Positions 1-10,712 are shown, numbered from the stretch's first letter. The stretch is DNA of 64,000 nt from Candidatus Rariloculaceae bacterium (GCA_965221035.1 OZ244860.1:3733414-3797413), one strand, 5' to 3'. Made by a program: numbers and translations. Notes: generated from the letters alone by a model not told the origin.

Positions 1-190
1 CGGCGAAATCGACATGATCATCCCGCAGGATCCCGGGGCGGCGTTCGACGGCCACGGCCGCGGTTGGCTGGTCTACGGACCGGGTTCGGCCCACCATCCC
101 ACCGTGTCGGGCGGGCGGGCCATCGTTCTCTACCTGCTGCCCGACGGCGCCATCGAATTCACGCCGCCGGCGGGACGGGACCAGGGCTGA
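1..190 (+). CDS. 3' end of DUF4863 / PnbB-like (4-hydroxylaminobenzoate lyase-like) protein, truncated by window edge
   Basis: Manual translation from base 2: GEIDMIIPQDPGAAFDGHGRGWLVYGPGSAHHPTVSGGRAIVLYLLPDGAIEF...; matches the family motif as recalled; TGA at 188-190. Confidence 0.7.
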   Translation, partial: GEIDMIIPQDPGAAFDGHGRGWLVYGPGSAHHPTVSGGRAIVLYLLPDGAIEFTPPAGRDQG

Positions 191-208
191 AGGGCCGAGT
201 ACAGGGCA

Positions 209-796
209 ATGGCATCGGAAACGACAACGACGGCGGCATCGGCTCTGCCACCCGGCGTCACGGCGGCCGTCCTTCGGGTCAACGGCGAGGACCATCCGGT
301 GGTGTTCCCCACCCATCACACCCTGCTGGAGGTCCTGCGTGAGCAGTGCGGGCTGACCGGCACCAAGCATGGCTGCGAACTGGGCGAATGCGGCGCCTGC
401 GCGGTTCGGGTGGACGGTGAAGCCGTCCTGTCGTGCCTGAAACTCGCCGTCGAGGCGCGGGATTGCGCCGTGGAAACAGTCGAGGGATTGCAGGACGACA
501 ACGAACTGCACCCGTTGCAACGGGCGTTCGCCGACATTGGCGCCGCCCAGTGCGGCTATTGCACGCCGGGAATACTCATGGTCGCCAACGCGTTGCTGGA
601 GCGGAACGACGATCCGGATGAAGCCGAAATATACGAAGCGCTGTCAGGGAACCTGTGTCGCTGCACCGGCTACCATCGGATCGTCACGGCCGTCAGGTGG
701 GCGGGCGCCATGGCGCGAGGCGATGACTGGCGCCCCCCGGAAGAGGAATTCCACGGCGCCGATTCCCAGACTCCGTACGCGGAAGACGACGGGTGA
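209..796 (+). CDS. hcrC: 2x[2Fe-2S] small subunit of xanthine-oxidase-family enzyme (4-hydroxybenzoyl-CoA reductase gamma-like)
   Basis: GCELGECGAC and QCGYCTPG...NLCRCTGY motifs; operon with Mo and FAD subunits. Confidence 0.8.
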   Translation: MASETTTTAASALPPGVTAAVLRVNGEDHPVVFPTHHTLLEVLREQCGLTGTKHGCELGECGACAVRVDGEAVLSCLKLAVEARDCAVETVEGLQDDNELHPLQRAFADIGAAQCGYCTPGILMVANALLERNDDPDEAEIYEALSGNLCRCTGYHRIVTAVRWAGAMARGDDWRPPEEEFHGADSQTPYAEDDG

Positions 797-799
797 ACC

Positions 800-3352
800 A
801 TGGTCGCTAACCCGAAGTCGGAACCCATTGCCCCGGACTCCGAGCCCGAGAAACAGTACCGGTTGGTCGGTACGGCCTTCCGAAGAGTGGATGGCCGCGC
901 CAAGGTGACCGGTCAGACCCGCTTCGCCGACGATCTCGGTTTTCCGCGCATGGCTTACGTCAAGCTGGTGCGAAGCACCGTTCCCCACGCGCGCATCGTG
1001 AACATCGACCTGTCGGCGGCCCAGGCCATGGACGGCGTGCTCGGTACGCTGGTGGGCACGGAGCTGCCGAACAAGTTCGGCATCCTGCCGGTCTCCGAGG
1101 ACGAGCACGCGTTGGCGGTGGACACGGTTCGATTTGTCGGCGATCCCGTCGCGGCCGTCGCGGCGGTCTCCGAGGACATCGCCCATGAGGCCGCGTTGGC
1201 CGTTCGCGTCGAGTATGACCCCCTGCCGACGATCTCAAGCTTCGACGAGGCGCTCAGGACGCCCGAACCGCAGATGCACGACTACGCGGATGACGGCAAC
1301 ATCCACAAGAAGGTGTCGCTCAAGTTCGGGGCGGTGGAGGAGGGTTTCGAAGAAGCGGACGTGATTCTGGAAGACATCTGCCATTTCGAGGGCAACACCC
1401 ACCTGGCCATGGAGCAGCACAGCGCCGTCGGCGTCCCCGAGGACGAAGGCCGCGTGACGGTGTATTCCTCCACGCAGACCCCGCACTATGTGCACCGGGC
1501 GCTGACCAAGGTGCTGGGCCTGCCGGCGTCGCGAATCCGCGTCGTGGCATGCTCCAACGGCGGAGGATTCGGCGGCAAGAGCGATCCGTTCAACCACGAG
1601 ATGGTGGTGGCCAAGCTGGCGCTCAAGCTCGGCCGCCCCTGCAAGGTGACGCTGACGCGGGAGGAGGTCTTCTACTGTCATCGCGGCCGCCACCCGGTGC
1701 TCATGCACTTGAGGACCGGTTTCAGGAAGGACGGCACCATCACCTCGCAGCATCTGCGCACCGCCTTGGACGGTGGCGCCTTCGGCAGCTATGGGGTGGC
1801 CAGCACCTACTATACCGGCGCGCTTCAGACCACCACCTACCGGATTCCCAATTACTGGTTCGAGGGCGCCCGGGCCTTCACCAACAAGCCTCCCTGCGGG
1901 CCGAAGCGCGGCCACGGCACGCCCCAGCCCCGGTTCGCGTTCGAGGTGCACCTGGACAAGGCGGCGCATCGCCTGGGCATCGATCCGGCCGAGTTGCGGC
2001 TCAGGAACCTGCAGCCGGCCGACTCGGTGACGGCGAACTGGCTGCGCATCGGCTCGATCGAACTCGGTCGGTGCATCGAGGCCGTGGTGCGCGGCAGCGG
2101 CTGGAAGCAGCGCTACGGCAAACTGCCCGAGGGCCGGGGGCTGGGCCTGGCCTGCGGCGCCTACCTCTGCGGAGCGGGCCTGCCCATCTACTGGAACCAC
2201 ATGCCCCAGTCCGGCGTGCAGATCAAGCTGGACCGCAGTGGATGCGTCGCCGTGTTCTGCGGCGAGAGCGAGATCGGCCAGGGTTCGGACTCGGTCCTCG
2301 CCGCCATCGTGGCCGAGGTACTGGGCATCGAGTTGGAGGATATCCGTCTCTGTGTCGGCGATACGGACCTGACCCCGGTGGACCTGGGGAGCTATTCCTC
2401 CCGGGTCACCATGATGGTGGGCCACGCGGCCCTGCAGGCCGCGGAGCGCGCACGGGAGATCATCGCCAAGGCTGTGGCCGCGCAATTGCGGGTGCCCGAA
2501 TCGGAACTAGTCTTCGCCGACCGGCGCGTCTTTCCCGCCGGCGACCCTGGTGGCGGCCTCGACTTCGATGCCGCGGTGGTGGCGGCCGAAGCCCGGTTCG
2601 GCACCCTCGGCACCACCGGCTCGTACATTCCGCCCCGCGCGCCGGGGCGTTATCGGGGCTCCGGCGTCGGACCTTCACCGACCTATTCCTACTCCGCCGC
2701 CGTCGTCGAGGTGGAGGTGGACCCCGCCACCGGCGTCTACGGCTGCAAGCACGTCTGGATGGCCCACGATATCGGCAAGGCCATCAATCCGGTGCTGGCG
2801 CTGGGCCAGATCGAGGGCAGCATCTACATGGGCCTCGGCGAGGCGATGATGGAGGAGCAGGCCTTCCGGCGCCTGCCGAAGCGCTTGTCTTCCGCCCTGG
2901 TCCACAAGATGCCGTCGCTGCTGGAGTACAAGAGCCCCGGTTTTCACGATATGCCCGGCATGACCAGTTACATGATCGACTGCAGGGACGAGCGCGCCCC
3001 CATGGGAGCCAAGGAAGTCGGCCAGGGCCCATTGCTGCCGATCATGCCGGCGGTGGTCAACGGGATCTTCGACGCGGTCGGCGTGCGCGTAGACCAGATA
3101 CCGGCCACGCCCGAACTGGTCCTGAAGGGGCTCGAGGCCAAGGAGCGGGGGCGTCCGGCGCGTGTCGGTCCCACACGATTCCCCAAGGTGGACTACGGCA
3201 CGCCGGTGGAAGTGCCGACCCCTGACCAGGGTGGCGATGGCCGTGCCAGGCATGATCCGAAACACCGCGGATTGCGGTCGGCCTCCGGCACCATGAAGGA
3301 ACGCGACGAGGCCTTGAAGGAGCGCCGCAGTGCTACGCTTACCACCGCTTGA
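800..3352 (+). CDS. hcrA: Molybdopterin-binding large subunit, 4-hydroxybenzoyl-CoA reductase alpha-like
   Basis: DGRAKVTG, GGGFGGK, EIGQGS, GQIEGS motifs; the hcr call rests mainly on the partner beta subunit. Confidence 0.7.
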   Translation: MVANPKSEPIAPDSEPEKQYRLVGTAFRRVDGRAKVTGQTRFADDLGFPRMAYVKLVRSTVPHARIVNIDLSAAQAMDGVLGTLVGTELPNKFGILPVSEDEHALAVDTVRFVGDPVAAVAAVSEDIAHEAALAVRVEYDPLPTISSFDEALRTPEPQMHDYADDGNIHKKVSLKFGAVEEGFEEADVILEDICHFEGNTHLAMEQHSAVGVPEDEGRVTVYSSTQTPHYVHRALTKVLGLPASRIRVVACSNGGGFGGKSDPFNHEMVVAKLALKLGRPCKVTLTREEVFYCHRGRHPVLMHLRTGFRKDGTITSQHLRTALDGGAFGSYGVASTYYTGALQTTTYRIPNYWFEGARAFTNKPPCGPKRGHGTPQPRFAFEVHLDKAAHRLGIDPAELRLRNLQPADSVTANWLRIGSIELGRCIEAVVRGSGWKQRYGKLPEGRGLGLACGAYLCGAGLPIYWNHMPQSGVQIKLDRSGCVAVFCGESEIGQGSDSVLAAIVAEVLGIELEDIRLCVGDTDLTPVDLGSYSSRVTMMVGHAALQAAERAREIIAKAVAAQLRVPESELVFADRRVFPAGDPGGGLDFDAAVVAAEARFGTLGTTGSYIPPRAPGRYRGSGVGPSPTYSYSAAVVEVEVDPATGVYGCKHVWMAHDIGKAINPVLALGQIEGSIYMGLGEAMMEEQAFRRLPKRLSSALVHKMPSLLEYKSPGFHDMPGMTSYMIDCRDERAPMGAKEVGQGPLLPIMPAVVNGIFDAVGVRVDQIPATPELVLKGLEAKERGRPARVGPTRFPKVDYGTPVEVPTPDQGGDGRARHDPKHRGLRSASGTMKERDEALKERRSATLTTA

Positions 3353-4382
3353 TTTCAGCGCACCGACGCAATTGGGCGAGGCGCTGGCGGCGCTTGAAGG
3401 CAACGGCGCCAATGGCGGCGGCCGTGTCAGGCTGGTCGCCGGCGGCACGGATCTCTGGCCCAACATGAAGCGCCGCCACCAGCGGGCCGATGCCGTGGTC
3501 AGCCTGATGTCTATCGACGAATTGCGCGGGATCGAGCAGACGTCGCGGGGTTTGTCCATCGGCTCGACGGTAACCCTGACGGAAGTGCTCCGTAACTCGT
3601 TGGTGCGAGATCTTTATCCGGGTTTCGCTCGCTCCGTGGCGGCCATATCCTCACCGCCCCTGCGCAACATGGGCACGCTGGGGGGCAACCTCTGCGTGGA
3701 CACCCGTTGCACGTACTACAACCAGACCGAGGAATGGCGCCGTTCCATCGACTACTGCATGAAGGAGCAGGGCACGATCTGCTGGGTTGCCACCAACTCG
3801 CCGCGCTGCTGGGCCCACTCCGCCAGCGACGCCGCGCCCATGCTGTGTGCGCTGGATGCGCGGGTTCGCCTGGCGTCCTCCGATGGCGAGCGGGAGATCC
3901 CGCTTGCGGACCTGTATCGCGACGACGGCATCGACTACCTCGGCATGCGGGCCGGCGAGATCCTCACCCGCATCATCGTCCCGGCCGATTCCGACCGCGA
4001 TCATTGCCGGAGCGCGTTCTGGAAACTCCGCCGCAGGGGGTCCATCGACTTTTCCGTGCTGTCGGTGGCGGTGGCGATCTGGATGGACGGCGGGAAGGGC
4101 AAGGCGGTCGACCGGGTCGCCGTGTATCTCGGCGCCGTCGGTTCCAGCCCCGTGCGCGTCGGAGATGCGGAAGAACTGCTCGTGGGCAACGTGCCCGACG
4201 AGGACCTGATCGCGCAGGCGGCCCGCCACGCACGAACCGCGGCGACCCCCATGAGCAACACGGACTTCGTACCGGCGTGGCGGGGGAAAATGGCCGAACA
4301 CTACACTCATGCTGCGCTGTGCGAAGCGGTCGGCCTGCCGGTCCGCCGCCAGGCGCCCAGGCATGGGTTGACGGTGGTTTGA
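3330..4382 (+). CDS. hcrB: FAD-binding subunit with extra Cys-rich [4Fe-4S] insert, 4-hydroxybenzoyl-CoA reductase beta-like
   Basis: AGGTDL; GGNLCVDTRCTYYNQTEEWRRSIDYCMKEQGTICWVATNSPRCWA insert typical of HcrB; GTG start overlaps the hcrA end. Confidence 0.8.
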   Translation: MLRLPPLDFSAPTQLGEALAALEGNGANGGGRVRLVAGGTDLWPNMKRRHQRADAVVSLMSIDELRGIEQTSRGLSIGSTVTLTEVLRNSLVRDLYPGFARSVAAISSPPLRNMGTLGGNLCVDTRCTYYNQTEEWRRSIDYCMKEQGTICWVATNSPRCWAHSASDAAPMLCALDARVRLASSDGEREIPLADLYRDDGIDYLGMRAGEILTRIIVPADSDRDHCRSAFWKLRRRGSIDFSVLSVAVAIWMDGGKGKAVDRVAVYLGAVGSSPVRVGDAEELLVGNVPDEDLIAQAARHARTAATPMSNTDFVPAWRGKMAEHYTHAALCEAVGLPVRRQAPRHGLTVV

Positions 4383-4544
4383 CGCCTACCATCGTTGTCC
4401 AGGCAGTTGGTTCCTGATCCTTCAGGGGCGACGTTGCTTCCGGCAGGCTGAATCCATGATCGCGGTCCTGCGACGCCGGTCCAAGGGAGTTGCGGCGGGG
4501 CGACCAACGAAATAAGCGTGTAGGGGGTAGACGACGGGTTGGCG

Positions 4545-4817
4545 TTATGGCGGGACGACGGACTCGGAATTCTCGGCGTGGCGAAATTCGAGGCGCCCCT
4601 CGATATAGGAGACCCGTTGCGCTACCTGGCTCACCGCTTCAAGAATGGCGGTATGGTCAGCTCTCATGGCGGAATGCTCTTCCCGCATGGTTTCCTGAAG
4701 CGAGTCGATACGCGCGTTGGTGGCCCCATTCAGGGCGAGCATGATGGTGACCACCACGGCCATCATCGCGATGCCCGCGCCGATGATCGCCCAGGTATCG
4801 ATCGTCAATCCAGCCAC
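4545..4817 (-). CDS. Small protein: N-terminal TM helix plus coiled coil (copy 1)
   Basis: Hydrophobic N-terminus, heptads MREEHSA/MRADHTA, GGAGG RBS; paralog immediately adjacent. Confidence 0.7.
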   Translation of the reverse strand: MAGLTIDTWAIIGAGIAMMAVVVTIMLALNGATNARIDSLQETMREEHSAMRADHTAILEAVSQVAQRVSYIEGRLEFRHAENSESVVPP

Positions 4818-5043
4818 TTCGTCCTCCCGGTCCGTACCTTACCATGGCAGACGTGCTTCAGTTTCCACGCCGCAGCTGCTGCATCTCAGCTACGCGATAG
4901 CGTAGTTCAACGGGGTCGCTTGAACGAAGGTTCATTTCATGGCGGTTTGTCGAGTTTTCGGGTGGCCCGGTCCTGAGGTTTCCGGGTTGCACGCACACGA
5001 AACTCGGTGCGTATTCGGTGAATTGCGTCAGGGCCAGACGGTA

Positions 5044-5379
5044 TTACGGAATCTCGATGCTCTCAGAACCTTCGGCGCGGCGAATATCGAGCCGCCCTTC
5101 GACATAGGAGACCCGCTGCGCCACTTGGCTCAACGATTCAAGTATGACGGTATGTTCCGCCCGCATGGCGGTATGTTCTTCCCTCATGGCGGTATGTTCT
5201 TCCCTCATGGCAGTGTGTTCTGCCCGCATGGCGGCATGCTCTTCCCGCATGGTTTCCTGGAGCGAGTCGATTCGCGCGTTGGTGGCCTCATTCAGGGCGA
5301 GCATGATGCCGACCACCACCGCCATCATCGCGACGCCCGCGCCGATGATCGCCCAAGTATCAATTTTCAATCCAGCCAC
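5044..5379 (-). CDS. Small TM plus coiled-coil protein (copy 2) with expanded 21-bp repeat
   Basis: Same N- and C-termini as copy 1; five MR(E/A)EH(T/A) heptads; GTG start aligned with copy 1. Confidence 0.7.
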   Translation of the reverse strand: MAGLKIDTWAIIGAGVAMMAVVVGIMLALNEATNARIDSLQETMREEHAAMRAEHTAMREEHTAMREEHTAMRAEHTVILESLSQVAQRVSYVEGRLDIRRAEGSESIEIP

Positions 5380-5557
5380 GATAGCCCTCCCAGCCCGCAC
5401 AGTACCATAGCTTCAGAGCCAGTGTAGTTCAGCGGGGTCGCTTGAACGAAGGTTCGTTTCGTGGCTCTTCGTCGAGTTTTGTGGCCCTTCACGCATGGCG
5501 GTCTGATACTGGCAGCGGGTTCACGTCCGTACGACGAGTCCGTATCATTGCGCGCCA

Positions 5558-7785
5558 TGAGCCGTTGCGCTTCCCTGTGCTCCGCCTGGATGGGTCTTCT
5601 CGCCGCGCCGCTCGCGGCTCAGCAAACGCTGGTCGATCCTGGCCAGAAAACCGTGCGCGTCGTACGTACGGATATGCGGCCGGTCATCGACGGCGATCTT
5701 GGGGACGCGGTCTGGGCGCGCGCGGCGCTCGTCAATGACCTCCATCAGACCGAGCCCGTCGAGTATGCCGAGCCTTCCGAACAAACCGAGATCCTGATCC
5801 TCTACGACGACGATGCACTGTACGTGGCAGCGCGCCTTTACGACGCGAACCCGGAATTCATCACCGCCAACAACATGCGCCAGAACGATCAGGTGTACGA
5901 GGATGATCGCTTCTACGTGATGATCGACCCGTTCAACGAGCGGCGCAGCGGCTACTATTTCGGGGTCAATCCGAACGGCGTGCGCAACGACGGCCTTTAT
6001 CGCAACGTCAGTGATGCCTATCGGGACTGGAACAGCATCTTCGACGTTGCAGCAGGCCGTTTCGAGGCGGGCTGGACGGCGGAGTTCGAGATACCGTTCA
6101 AGTCGATCTCCTTTGATCCGAACACCGACACCTGGGGCATGAATTTCTCGCGCGGCATCGTGCGCCGCGCCGAGAACCTGGCATGGGTGTCGCGCAACCG
6201 GGAATACAACCCGTCGATCTCGGGATTGGCCGTGGGCTTCGAGGGGCTCGAGCAGGGGCTCGGGCTCGAAATTGTACCCTCGGTCAGCCTCGGCAAGGCA
6301 CGCAGTTTCTCGCAAGTTCCTTTCACGGACGACCGCGAGAAATCGAGCCTCGAGCCGACTGTGGATATCGTCTACAAGCTCACGCCCCAGCTCAACGCTT
6401 CGCTAACCGTGAATACGGATTTTTCCGCCACCGAAGTCGATGACCGCCAGGTCAATCTCGATCGCTTCGGGCTTTTCTTTCCCGAGAAGCGCGACTTTTT
6501 CCTTCGGGAGTCCGATATCTTCGAGTTCGGTGGTATCGGCGGCCAGCGCCAGATTCAGATCCCCGGGCTCGAAGCGTTGGGCCAGAACGGCCGGCCGTTT
6601 TTCTCGCGCCGTATCGGCCTGAGCCCAAGCGGAACACCCATCGATCTCGAGGTGGGCGGCAAGATCAGCGGTCGCGTGGGCCGTTTCGAAGTCGGTGCCC
6701 TGTCGATCCGCCAGGGCGCATCCGGGGAGATCGATACCAGGAACGTGTCTGTCATCCGCACCAAGGCTGGCGTACTCAGGGAGTCGAATGTTGGCGTCGT
6801 GTTGACCCAGGGTAATCCCGGCGCCAATCTCGACAATTCGCTTGCGGGCTTCGATTTTCTGTATCGGAACACGCGGTTGCCGGGCGGCCGATCGGTCGAG
6901 TCCGACGTTTGGTATCAGCAAAGTAATACAGAGGGGATCGACTCCGACCAGTCGGCTTTCGGCATCGGCGTGCGCTTGCCGACCAGCGAGGGTTTCAGCG
7001 CCGCGTTGGAATACAAGGCATATGAGGCCAATTTCAATCCGGCCCTGGGCTTCATCAACCGGCGGAACATTGCCGACGCCACGGCCTCCCTCGGTTACGA
7101 GCTGCGCCCTTCGGGAGGCTATCTGCAATCCTGGCTAATGGCCGTGGATGTACAGCAGGTCGACCGCCTCGACACCGGGGCGCTGCAGACGCATGCGATA
7201 TTTTTTCGCCCCATGGTGCTGCGCAACCGCACCGGCGACCAGATGCTGCTGGGCTATCGCCAGTTCAAGGAAGGTATTGCGCGTCCCTTCGAAATCTCGC
7301 CAGGCGTGGTCATACCGATGGGCGAATACCGGATCGAGGACTGGGGCATACAGCTTGGCACAGGAACGCATCGCAGGCTCGCAGCCAATTTCCGCCTGGT
7401 GGCCTACAACGACGGGACCTTTTACAACGGCGACCGCGCGGATTGGTTCGGTGAACTCACCTGGCGTCCGTCGGCGCGTTTTCGCGGCAATCTGAGCTAC
7501 AGCTACAGCGAAATCGATCTGCCTCAAGGCAGCTTCGAGACCCGCCTCGTCGCCGCGGGCATCGATTTCGTATTCACATCGACGCTGTCCTGGGTCAACC
7601 TGATCCAGTACGACAACGTCACGGAGACCGCGGGCATCAACATGCGGCTTCACTGGATCCCTGAAGCCGGCCGCGAGGTGTATTTCGTCATCAATCACAA
7701 CGTCGCGGACTACGATCTTGATAATCGATTTCACTCGACGGCGTCCGACATGACGGCCAAGGTGAACTACACGTTCCGGTTCTGA
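5558..7785 (+). CDS. Exported CBM9-like / DUF5916-type protein with probable C-terminal beta-barrel
   Basis: Signal peptide ...PLAAQQ; PVIDGDL, NTDFSATEVD, LFFPEKRDFF, FFSRRIG motifs; terminal YTFRF. Confidence 0.75.
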
Positions 7786-7872
7786 CTCCCTTTCGCCTGT
7801 TTCTGATATGCTCGATCACGGGTGTCCGTATGGCGATCATCATCCCCATTGGGGTCAGCAAGGGCGGCATCG

Positions 7873-9462
7873 ATGAGCGAAGATCCTTACGGGCCCCGCA
7901 CCAGGGCCTGGTCTGCCCTCGGCAAGCGTGCCGAAGCGCTTGAGCACGTGACAATCCCCGCGCTCTTCGAGCAGGAACCGGATCGCGGCCGTCAATTCTG
8001 CGCGGAGACCCAAGGGCTGTGGCTGGACCTCAGCCGGCAGCGGCTTGATAACCGGACGTTGAAATTGTTGCTGGAACTGGCCGTGCAGGTGCGCCTGCCC
8101 GAATGGACCGAACGCATGTTCCGCGGCGAGCGCATCAACAACACCGAGGACCGGGCCGCCTTGCACGTCGCGCTTCGCCGCCCGGCGGATCGACCGTTGA
8201 TGATGGACGATGGCGACATCATGCCCGTGGTCGAGGCGGAACGGGACAAGATGCGGCGACTGGCGGGATCGCTGCACGACGGTTCCTTGCGGGGCCATAC
8301 CGGGCGGCGAATCACCGACATCGTCAACATCGGCATCGGCGGTTCCGATCTTGGCGTCGCAATGGCCGTGGAGGCTTTGGACCGGTACCGCATGCCGGGA
8401 CTGGGCGTTCACTTCGTCTCCAATGTCGACGGGGTCCAGGTGGACCGTGTCCTGCGGGCCGTGAATCCCGAGACCACGCTCTTCGTGGTCTGCTCCAAGA
8501 CATTCACCACGTTGGAGACGCTGGCCAATGCCCGGGTGGTTCGGGAATGGCTGTTGCGGCAGGGTGGGGAGGACGCGGTGGCAGGACAATTCGTGGCGGT
8601 GTCCACCAACCATCGGGCGATGGACGATTTCGGCGTGGCGCCGGAGCGTCGGCTGGACCTGTGGGACTGGGTCGGCGGGCGGTATTCGTTATGCTCGAGC
8701 GTGGGCCTGGTCCTGGCCCTGGCCATTGGCTGGCGGAATTTCGCCGAATTTCTGGCCGGTGCGCACGAGCTGGACGAACACTTCCGTTCGGCGCCGCTGG
8801 AGCGCAATCTGCCCGTGCTGCTGGCGCTCGCGGGCGTGTGGAACCGCAACTTCCTCGGCGCCGCCAACCACGCGGTGCTTCCCTACGACCAACATCTGCA
8901 CCGGCTGCCCGCCTACCTGCAGCAGCTGGAGATGGAAAGCAACGGCAAATCCGTACGCCGCGGCGGCCAACCGGTGGAATGCGCCACCGCGCCGGTAATC
9001 TGGGGCGAGCCGGGGTCCAACGCCCAGCACTCCTTCTACCAGCTGCTCCACCAGGGAACGGAGCCGGTATCGGTGGATTTCCTCCTGCCGGCCACCTCCG
9101 TGGCGGACCGCCAGGACCAGCAGGATCTTGCCGCGGTGAACTGTTTCGCCCAGGCTTGGGCCCTGGCCGGCGGCGACCCGGAGGGCAGGAACCCCGATCC
9201 CTTCAGGGACTACGCCGGCAACCGCCCTTCCAGCCTGATCCTGTTTCAACGTCTGGACCCGGCAACGCTTGGCAAGCTCGTCGCCCTGTACGAGCACAAG
9301 GTCTTCGTCCAGGGGGTGATCTGGGACGTCAACAGTTTCGACCAGTGGGGCGTGGAACTGGGCAAGCGCCTGGCCGCCGGATTGCGGGAGCGCGTGAAGA
9401 CGGAGGTTCCGCCGCCCATCATCGGGCCGGCGCTTTCCAGGTGGCGGAAATGGCGCGGATGA
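7873..9462 (+). CDS. pgi: Glucose-6-phosphate isomerase
   Basis: NIGIGGSDLG, SKTFTT, DWVGGRYS, QQLEMESNGK, FDQWGVELGK. Confidence 0.97.
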   Translation: MSEDPYGPRTRAWSALGKRAEALEHVTIPALFEQEPDRGRQFCAETQGLWLDLSRQRLDNRTLKLLLELAVQVRLPEWTERMFRGERINNTEDRAALHVALRRPADRPLMMDDGDIMPVVEAERDKMRRLAGSLHDGSLRGHTGRRITDIVNIGIGGSDLGVAMAVEALDRYRMPGLGVHFVSNVDGVQVDRVLRAVNPETTLFVVCSKTFTTLETLANARVVREWLLRQGGEDAVAGQFVAVSTNHRAMDDFGVAPERRLDLWDWVGGRYSLCSSVGLVLALAIGWRNFAEFLAGAHELDEHFRSAPLERNLPVLLALAGVWNRNFLGAANHAVLPYDQHLHRLPAYLQQLEMESNGKSVRRGGQPVECATAPVIWGEPGSNAQHSFYQLLHQGTEPVSVDFLLPATSVADRQDQQDLAAVNCFAQAWALAGGDPEGRNPDPFRDYAGNRPSSLILFQRLDPATLGKLVALYEHKVFVQGVIWDVNSFDQWGVELGKRLAAGLRERVKTEVPPPIIGPALSRWRKWRG

Positions 9463-10595
9463 CCGGAGGCGGGATGGATTTCATCGACCTCAAGACCCAG
9501 TATCGGCGACTTCGCGAGCCCGTCAACCGGCGCATCCAGGAGGTACTTGATCACGGCCAGTTCGTCCTGGGTGCCGAGGTGGAGGAACTGGAGCTGCGGC
9601 TCGCAGGGCTTGTCGGGGCCGGCCATTGCATCTCCGTTTCCAGCGGAACGGATGCGCTGCTGGTCGCATTGATGGCGCTGGACGTGGGTCCAGGCGACGA
9701 AGTGATCACCAGCCCCTTTACCTTCATCGCCACCGCCGAGGTGATCGCGCTGTTGGGAGCGACGCCTGTGTTTGTCGACATCGACCGGCGCACCTACAAC
9801 ATCGATCCCGAACTCATCGAGCCCGCCATCACGAAGCGAACACGGGCGATCATGCCGGTCTCCCTGTTCGGGCAATGCGCCGATTTCGACCGGATCAATG
9901 GAATCGGCGCTCGGCACGGCGTGGCCATCGTCGAAGACGCCGCCCAGAGCCTCGGCGCGACCTACAAGGACCGACACTCCTGCGGACTGAGTACCCTGGC
10001 GGCCACCTCCTTCTATCCCTCCAAGCCGCTGGGATGCTATGGCGAAGGCGGCGCCGTGTTTACTGACGATGCTCGACTGGCCCAAGCGGTCCGCGAGCTG
10101 CGCGTACACGGACAGGACCGCGGCTACCATCACGTGCGCGTGGGGATCAACGGCCGCATGGATACACTGCAGGCGGCCATATTGCTCGCAAAACTCGACA
10201 TCTTCGCGGACGAGATGAACGCCCGGCAGGAGGTGGCGGGGCGATACGCCGCGCTGATCGAGCGGGCCTTTGCGGATTGCGCGGCGGAGTTCGCCGTGCG
10301 ACCGCCATACGTTGAGCCACTCAACCGCTCGGCCTTCGCCCAATACACGGTCCAGGTGCCCGACCGGCCGGCGGTGAGGGAATTCATGGCATCCAGGGAC
10401 ATTCCCACCGCCATTCACTATCCGGTGCCCCTGCATCGACAGCCGGCCTATGCGCGGGAGGACGCGGACGAGCGGTTTCCCATCGCAGAGGAGGTTGCGC
10501 AACGGGTACTCAGCCTGCCGATGCATCCCTACTTGGAGGAAGACGATCAGATTCTCGTGGTGACCGCGCTGCGCGATGCCGTGGCGTGCGCCTGA
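9459..10595 (+). CDS. DegT/DnrJ/EryC1/StrS sugar aminotransferase (WbpE-like)
   Basis: MDFIDLK, SSGTDAL, EDAAQS, SFYPSKPLGCYGEGG; ATGA overlap with the pgi stop. Confidence 0.93.
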   Translation: MTGGGMDFIDLKTQYRRLREPVNRRIQEVLDHGQFVLGAEVEELELRLAGLVGAGHCISVSSGTDALLVALMALDVGPGDEVITSPFTFIATAEVIALLGATPVFVDIDRRTYNIDPELIEPAITKRTRAIMPVSLFGQCADFDRINGIGARHGVAIVEDAAQSLGATYKDRHSCGLSTLAATSFYPSKPLGCYGEGGAVFTDDARLAQAVRELRVHGQDRGYHHVRVGINGRMDTLQAAILLAKLDIFADEMNARQEVAGRYAALIERAFADCAAEFAVRPPYVEPLNRSAFAQYTVQVPDRPAVREFMASRDIPTAIHYPVPLHRQPAYAREDADERFPIAEEVAQRVLSLPMHPYLEEDDQILVVTALRDAVACA

Positions 10596-10712
10596 CGGCG
10601 GGGGACTGACGGCGCAAGATTGACGGTGCAGCCAACGGGGATGGACGGCGCGGGACTGACGGTGCGGCCAGTGGTGGATAGACGGCGCGACCGGCGGGGG
10701 TTGGACGGCGCG
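10593..10712. repeat. Seven degenerate copies of (T/G/A)GACGG(C/T)G
   Basis: Copies at ~10593, 10607, 10621, 10643, 10657, 10680, 10703 (14 or 22-23 bp spacing). Confidence 0.6.

Larger units (their letters stand above)
4545..5480. repeat. Tandem duplication of a ~0.45 kb unit (gene plus upstream element)
   Basis: GTAGTTCA(A/G)CGGGGTCGCTTGAACGAAGGTTC...GTCGAGTTTT occurs at ~4902-4958 and ~5424-5480, upstream of each paralog. Confidence 0.85.

Noticed and set aside
1235-3225. Long alternative-frame and antisense ORFs over hcrA (likewise 16328-18046, 29110-30135 and others)
   Set aside because: Expected shadows of GC-rich coding sequence; no recognisable motifs
4539-5427. Plus-strand His-rich ORFs 4539-4976 and 4939-5427
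   Set aside because: Antisense to the TM/coiled-coil genes, which have RBSs and a coherent architecture
8103-9458. 830-aa ORF 8103-10595 as one protein
   Set aside because: The 5' part is an off-frame shadow of pgi; the aminotransferase starts at 9459 or 9474
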